Source: an uncultured Gammaproteobacteria bacterium
GTDB lineage: Bacteria; Pseudomonadota; Gammaproteobacteria; Chromatiales; Chromatiaceae
NCBI GenBank assembly: GCA_963820915.1
Contig: CAWGBV010000008.1
Coordinates: forward strand, 126,266-190,265
Direction: 5' to 3'
Length of the DNA stretch: 64,000 nucleotides
Each line of letters begins with the position of its first letter. Position 1 is the first letter of the stretch. This document shows, piece after piece, positions 59,822-64,000 of this stretch. The translations under genes were made by a program, and so were the position numbers. The notes beneath the pieces were generated by a model. It had not been told where the DNA came from. It saw only the letters and a program-made list of their open reading frames with translations, and searched no databases.

Positions 59822-61369
59822 ATGAAAGATAAACTCACGATTTTCGATACCACATTGCGCGACGGCGAGCAGAGTCCCGGCGCGTCTATGACCAAAGAGG
59901 AAAAGGTCCGTATCGCCAAGGCGCTGGAAAAAATGCGGGTCGATGTGATCGAGGCCGGTTTTCCCATTGCCAGTCGAGGCGATTTCGAGGCGGTTCAGGC
60001 CGTGGCAAGAGTGATCAAGGATTCGACGGTCTGTGGTCTTTCCCGCGCCCTCGAGAAGGATATCGATCGGGCGGGAGAGGCGCTGAAGGAGGCCAACTCC
60101 TCGCGCATTCACACCTTTATTGCGACCTCTCCGATCCACATGGAGCGCAAACTGCGCATGACGCCTGACCAGGTGGTGGAACAGGCGGTCCGTTCGGTCA
60201 AGCAGGCCCGCAACTACACGGACAATGTGGAATTTTCCGCCGAAGATGCGGGTCGCTCCGAACTGGATTTCTTGTGTCGCATTGTCGAGGCTGTCATTGA
60301 CGCGGGAGCCACCACGATCAACGTGCCGGATACTGTCGGTTACAACGTTCCGAGCCAGTTCGGCGAGACCATTCGAGCGCTTATCGAAAGGGTGCCGAAC
60401 TCGGATCGGGCTGTGTTTTCGGTGCATTGCCACAACGATCTCGGATTGGCGGTAGCCAACTCCCTGTCCGCGGTCATCAACGGCGCCCGACAAGTGGAAT
60501 GCACCATCAACGGGCTTGGCGAGCGCGCCGGAAACGCCTCTCTCGAAGAGGTCGTGATGGCGGTCCGGACACGACAGGATGTGTTCTCCTGTGAGACCAC
60601 GCTCGATACCACGCAGATTGTTGCCTGTTCGAAGTTGGTGTCGAGCATCACCGGATTCCCGGTTCAACCCAACAAGGCCATCGTCGGGGCCAATGCCTTT
60701 GCCCACGAGTCGGGCATTCACCAGGACGGCGTTCTCAAAAGTCGCGAGACTTACGAAATCATGCGCGCTGAGGACGTGGGCTGGAGCCGGAATCGCATGG
60801 TGCTCGGCAAACACTCGGGCCGTAATGCCTTTCGTGCGCGGTTGGAGGAACTCGGAATCACCCTCCGGTCCGAAGAGGAACTCAATGAGGCCTTTGCCCG
60901 CTTCAAAGACCTCGCGGACAAAAAACACGAGGTGTTCGACGAGGATCTTCAGGCCATCGTGTCCGATACCACCAGTCTCGATGCCGAGCATGAGCGGATC
61001 AGGCTGGTATCGCTCAAGGTTTGCACCGAAACCGGCGAGACGCCCCATGCGGATGTGGTGGTTTCCATCGACGGCGAGGAGAAATCCGTCTCAGCATCTG
61101 GTGGTGGGCCGGTTGATGCCTCGTTTATGGCCATCGAGGCGGCGGTCGGTTCAGGCTCGTCGTTGCAACTGTATTCAGTGAACAGCATCACCACGGGAAC
61201 CGATGCCCAGGGGGAGGTGACTGTTCGTCTCGAAAAAGGCGGTCGTATCGTCAACGGGCAGGGCGCCGACACCGACATCGTGATCGCCTCGGCCAAGGCC
61301 TATATCAACAGTCTCAACAAGCTGTTTTTCACGGTGGAGCGGGCTCACCCTCAAACCGGCGACGTTTGA
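59822..61369 (+). CDS. leuA: 2-isopropylmalate synthase
   Basis: [30 protein letters not shown]....VD.IEAGFP..S.GDF.AV...[16 protein letters not shown]...[17 protein letters not shown]. Start moved to the ATG at 59822. Confidence 0.95.
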   Translation: MKDKLTIFDTTLRDGEQSPGASMTKEEKVRIAKALEKMRVDVIEAGFPIASRGDFEAVQAVARVIKDSTVCGLSRALEKDIDRAGEALKEANSSRIHTFIATSPIHMERKLRMTPDQVVEQAVRSVKQARNYTDNVEFSAEDAGRSELDFLCRIVEAVIDAGATTINVPDTVGYNVPSQFGETIRALIERVPNSDRAVFSVHCHNDLGLAVANSLSAVINGARQVECTINGLGERAGNASLEEVVMAVRTRQDVFSCETTLDTTQIVACSKLVSSITGFPVQPNKAIVGANAFAHESGIHQDGVLKSRETYEIMRAEDVGWSRNRMVLGKHSGRNAFRARLEELGITLRSEEELNEAFARFKDLADKKHEVFDEDLQAIVSDTTSLDAEHERIRLVSLKVCTETGETPHADVVVSIDGEEKSVSASGGGPVDASFMAIEAAVGSGSSLQLYSVNSITTGTDAQGEVTVRLEKGGRIVNGQGADTDIVIASAKAYINSLNKLFFTVERAHPQTGDV

Positions 61370-62109
61370 GTCCTATGCTCGACGAACGGCGAAAGCGTTA
61401 CCTGGAGGCCATGGGTGTCCCCGTTTATGTGCGACGTGGCGGGGACACCGGTGAGCCACCTGCCGCCGCTGCCGGGATCGCAGAAAAACCGACACCCACG
61501 TCGATGCCGGTGCCGGAGGACCTTGACGCGATCTGTGCAGGCGAGGTGGAGACCTTGGGCTGGCCGGAATTGCGAACACGGGTTGCCGCCTGTACCGCCT
61601 GCGATTTACACCAGGGCAGAACCTCGACAGTCTTCGGTGTCGGCAATCCGGATGCGGACCTGATGGTCATTGGTGAGGCCCCCGGGGCGGAAGAGGATCG
61701 CCAGGGCGAGCCCTTTGTCGGGCGCGCCGGCCAGCTGCTAACCGCAATGCTCGGCGCGATCGGACTGAACCGGGGTGATGTCTTCATCGCCAATATCCTA
61801 AAGTGCCGACCCCCCGGAAATAGAAATCCCGTGTCATCGGAGATTGCCTGTTGTCTGCCTTATCTCATGCGGCAGGTGGCCCTTCTCCAACCTCGACTGA
61901 TCTTCTCGGTGGGCGGTGTATCGGCCCACAATCTGTTGAAAACCGAAGAGCCGGTCGGGCACCTGCGAGGGCAGGTTCATAGCTTCGGACCGGATGGGAT
62001 ACCGCTGGTAGTGAGTTATCATCCCGCTTACCTGCTGCGTAAGCCCGCCGAGAAGGCAAAGGCCTGGCAGGATCTTCAGATGATCAAAGGGATGCTGGAC
62101 AAGCCTTGA
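61366..62109 (+). CDS. Uracil-DNA glycosylase, family 4
   Basis: C.AC.L...[38 protein letters not shown]...L.....[18 protein letters not shown]. The start (TTG 61366 / ATG 61375) overlaps the leuA stop. Confidence 0.85.
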   Translation: MSPMLDERRKRYLEAMGVPVYVRRGGDTGEPPAAAAGIAEKPTPTSMPVPEDLDAICAGEVETLGWPELRTRVAACTACDLHQGRTSTVFGVGNPDADLMVIGEAPGAEEDRQGEPFVGRAGQLLTAMLGAIGLNRGDVFIANILKCRPPGNRNPVSSEIACCLPYLMRQVALLQPRLIFSVGGVSAHNLLKTEEPVGHLRGQVHSFGPDGIPLVVSYHPAYLLRKPAEKAKAWQDLQMIKGMLDKP

Positions 62110-62588
62110 ATGCCGTCGTGGAAAATATGCTGATGAGCATTCGCGCCATGCAGGGGACGGATGTCCCCGGCGCCATGATCAATGAGAATGCGGCATATAC
62201 CCACCCCTGGACGGAGGGTATCCTGCGCGACTGCCTGCGAGTCGGCTATTATTGCGTCGTCGGGGATGTGGGCGGTCAGCTTATCGGTCACGGAGTGATG
62301 TCGGTGGCAGCGGGAGAAGCCCATGTCTTGAACCTCTGTATTCACCCGCGGCGACAACGACGAGGGCACGGGCGTTACTTACTGGAGCATCTTCTCGAAT
62401 CAGCCGCTGCGCGCAAGGCCACCCACATGTTTCTCGAGGTGCGCGAATCCAACGATTCCGCCCGTCGGTTGTACGAATCCATGGGTTTTAACGAGATTGC
62501 CCAACGCCCCGGGTATTACCCGGCTCGGCGAGGTAGGGAAACCGCCCTTGTGTTTGCGAAAACCCTTGTGCGTAGCGGCCCGGAATAG
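62106..62588 (+). CDS. rimI: Ribosomal-protein-alanine N-acetyltransferase RimI (GNAT)
   Basis: IRAMQGTD...HPW........GYYCVVGDVGGQLIGHGVMSVAAGEAHVLNLCIHPRRQRRGHGRYLLEHLL......A...FLEVRESN..A..LYES.GF. Start is either TTG 62106 or ATG 62127. Confidence 0.85.
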   Translation: MNAVVENMLMSIRAMQGTDVPGAMINENAAYTHPWTEGILRDCLRVGYYCVVGDVGGQLIGHGVMSVAAGEAHVLNLCIHPRRQRRGHGRYLLEHLLESAAARKATHMFLEVRESNDSARRLYESMGFNEIAQRPGYYPARRGRETALVFAKTLVRSGPE

Positions 62589-62625
62589 GCTGGGTGGTTC
62601 GTTCCCGGGGGCTGGTTCAGTGGGA

Positions 62626-62979
62626 TCAGCGGTGAAGTTTTCCCACCCGCTCCATGTGTTTGAGCCAGTTGCTGAAGGCGCCACCACCGGAGCTGCCATG
62701 CCGGCGTCCACGGAAGGTGCGGAAACACTTGCCGTCATCGCAGCGTTGAGAGCCGGCGCAAAGCAGGGTGTATATCAATGCGACATCGGCGACAGCGACC
62801 GCAACCACGGAGGGCATGGCCAGCAAAGGATTGTGTCGGATCCAGGCCCAGATCGGGTCATAGTATTGGGTGGTAGCCCAGACGGTGCCGAAAAGTAGTG
62901 CGACTGCCATCACTGAAAAAAAATCGGCGATCCATTCATGGCGGTGGACCAGGGTTTTTACGGAGGTACAGACAGTCAT
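62626..62979 (-). CDS. Hypothetical small membrane protein
   Basis: ATG at 62979 preceded by AGGAG. Two predicted TM segments and a Cys-containing basic tail. No family recognised. Confidence 0.4.
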   Translation of the reverse strand: MTVCTSVKTLVHRHEWIADFFSVMAVALLFGTVWATTQYYDPIWAWIRHNPLLAMPSVVAVAVADVALIYTLLCAGSQRCDDGKCFRTFRGRRHGSSGGGAFSNWLKHMERVGKLHR

Positions 62980-63131
62980 TCGGAAAGCTCCTGTATCTTG
63001 CATATATCCCTCGTAATATAGCTGAAACAGAAGTATCCGCAATTAATGTGGGTTAATCCCACACTAAAGTGTTGCCTGAATCGGTTACTCTGCTTTAATT
63101 AACTGAATTAATTAAGAAAAAAGGAGATGGC

Positions 63132-64000
63132 GTGGAAACCTTAAACGAGATGGTTGGTTGGCTGAACGGCATAGTCTGGGGCCCCCTCATGTTGGTCCTG
63201 ATCCTTGGCACCGGACTGTTCTTGACCGTTGGCCTGAAGTTCATGCCAATAAGGAATCTGGGTTACGGGTTCCGCCAGTTGTGGGAGGGCCGGAAACCGA
63301 AGGGTGAGGGCGATATAACCCCATTTAACGCCTTGATGACGTCACTGTCAGCGACGATCGGAACGGGAAACATCGCCGGTGTAGGTACGGCCATCGCCAT
63401 CGGTGGACCCGGTGCTGTTTTCTGGATGTGGTGTACTGCAGTGGTGGGCATGGCCACCAAGTATGCCGAGGCGGTACTGGCGGTTAAGTATCGCGAGGTG
63501 GATGAAGAAGGCCGCCACGTCGGCGGACCCATGTATTACATCAAAAATGGTTTGGGCAAGAACTGGAGATGGCTCGGAACCCTGTTTGCAATATTCGGCG
63601 CCATTGCCGGTTTCGGAATCGGCAATATGGTGCAGGCCAACTCCGTTGCCGACGCCATGAACGCCAATCTTGGTTTCTCGAAACTCTGGGTGGGAATCGG
63701 GATGGCCGTACTGGTTTTTATGGTGCTTATCGGCGGCATCAAACGTATTGCCCAGGTTGCGGGAAAGCTCGTACCGTTGATGGCCATCGCCTATGTGGTC
63801 GGCGGCTTGATCGTGATCCTGGTGAATGTGACCGAGGTTCCAGCGGCGCTGTGGCTCATCATTAGCGAGGCATTTACCCCGACCGCCGCGACGGGAGGAT
63901 TTGCGGGATCTGCGGTGATGCTGGCGGTGCAAATGGGTGTGGCGCGCGGTATTTTCTCCAACGAAGCGGGACTGGGGTCGGCCCCTATTGCTCACGCTGC
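63132..64000 (+). CDS. Alanine/glycine:cation symporter (AGCS family), 5' part running off the right edge
   Basis: Not in the ORF track because no stop occurs before the window end. My own translation from the GTG at 63132 (AAGGAG 5 nt upstream) reads VETLNEMVGWLNGIVWGPLMLVLILGTGLFLTVGLKFMPIRNLGYGFRQLW...ITPFNALMTSLSATIGTGNIAGVGTAIAIGGPGAVFWMW..A.VGMATKYAEAVLAVKYRE...G...GGPMYYI, the AGCS signature. Confidence 0.9.
   Translation, partial: METLNEMVGWLNGIVWGPLMLVLILGTGLFLTVGLKFMPIRNLGYGFRQLWEGRKPKGEGDITPFNALMTSLSATIGTGNIAGVGTAIAIGGPGAVFWMWCTAVVGMATKYAEAVLAVKYREVDEEGRHVGGPMYYIKNGLGKNWRWLGTLFAIFGAIAGFGIGNMVQANSVADAMNANLGFSKLWVGIGMAVLVFMVLIGGIKRIAQVAGKLVPLMAIAYVVGGLIVILVNVTEVPAALWLIISEAFTPTAATGGFAGSAVMLAVQMGVARGIFSNEAGLGSAPIAHA

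Noticed and set aside
59549-61048. 499-aa ORF on the minus strand
   Set aside because: It is entirely antisense to leuA, whose product is unmistakable. Long antisense ORFs are expected in GC-rich DNA, and this one has Arg/Gly/His-rich low-information composition.

Overview
This is a moderately GC-rich chromosome segment that looks gammaproteobacterial. The gene order tsaD <> rpsU-yqeY-(insert)-dnaG-rpoD with plsY alongside matches the Pseudomonas-type layout as I remember it. Most of the window is housekeeping: rpoD, dnaG, rpsU, tsaD, plsY, rsmD, a DAHP synthase, gnd, xthA, mtaB, rmuC, ilvIHC-pssA-leuA, a family-4 uracil-DNA glycosylase, rimI, two M16 peptidases and two CNNM/CorC transporters. 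Two DsrC/TusE-family genes hint at sulfur metabolism, but the organism cannot be named from sequence alone.

Six things deserve a second look:
1. A roughly 4.3 kb accessory insertion splits the conserved rpsU-yqeY-dnaG-rpoD operon. It carries a LysR regulator, a CBS protein, a cysteine-less DsrC-like fusion protein, an internal IS91-family transposase fragment and a decayed secreted-protein gene.
2. A same-strand run encodes an AAA+ ATPase, an EgtB/OvoA-architecture protein whose three iron-ligand histidines all appear substituted, and a 60-aa ORF. It sits just downstream of a two-cysteine DsrC/TusE gene.
3. Gene disruption is very uneven. An NtrB/NtrC-like pair has at least a dozen frameshifts or stops, and an Mqo/LhgO-like oxidoreductase remnant is also decayed. 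Single or double frameshifts hit a CHASE histidine kinase, an NhaD antiporter and even dnaG, while about 50 neighbouring genes are intact.
4. A CAU-anticodon tRNA as assembled has an 8-nt anticodon loop.
5. A 25-codon ORF with six consecutive Leu codons lies upstream of leuA.
6. Several host-interaction-flavoured genes are present: ecotin, a MIF-family tautomerase, a Sel1-repeat protein and a SYLF-domain protein.

I saw no CRISPR array, rRNA, integrase or prophage. All functional calls come from reading the supplied translations against remembered family signatures. No database search was run.
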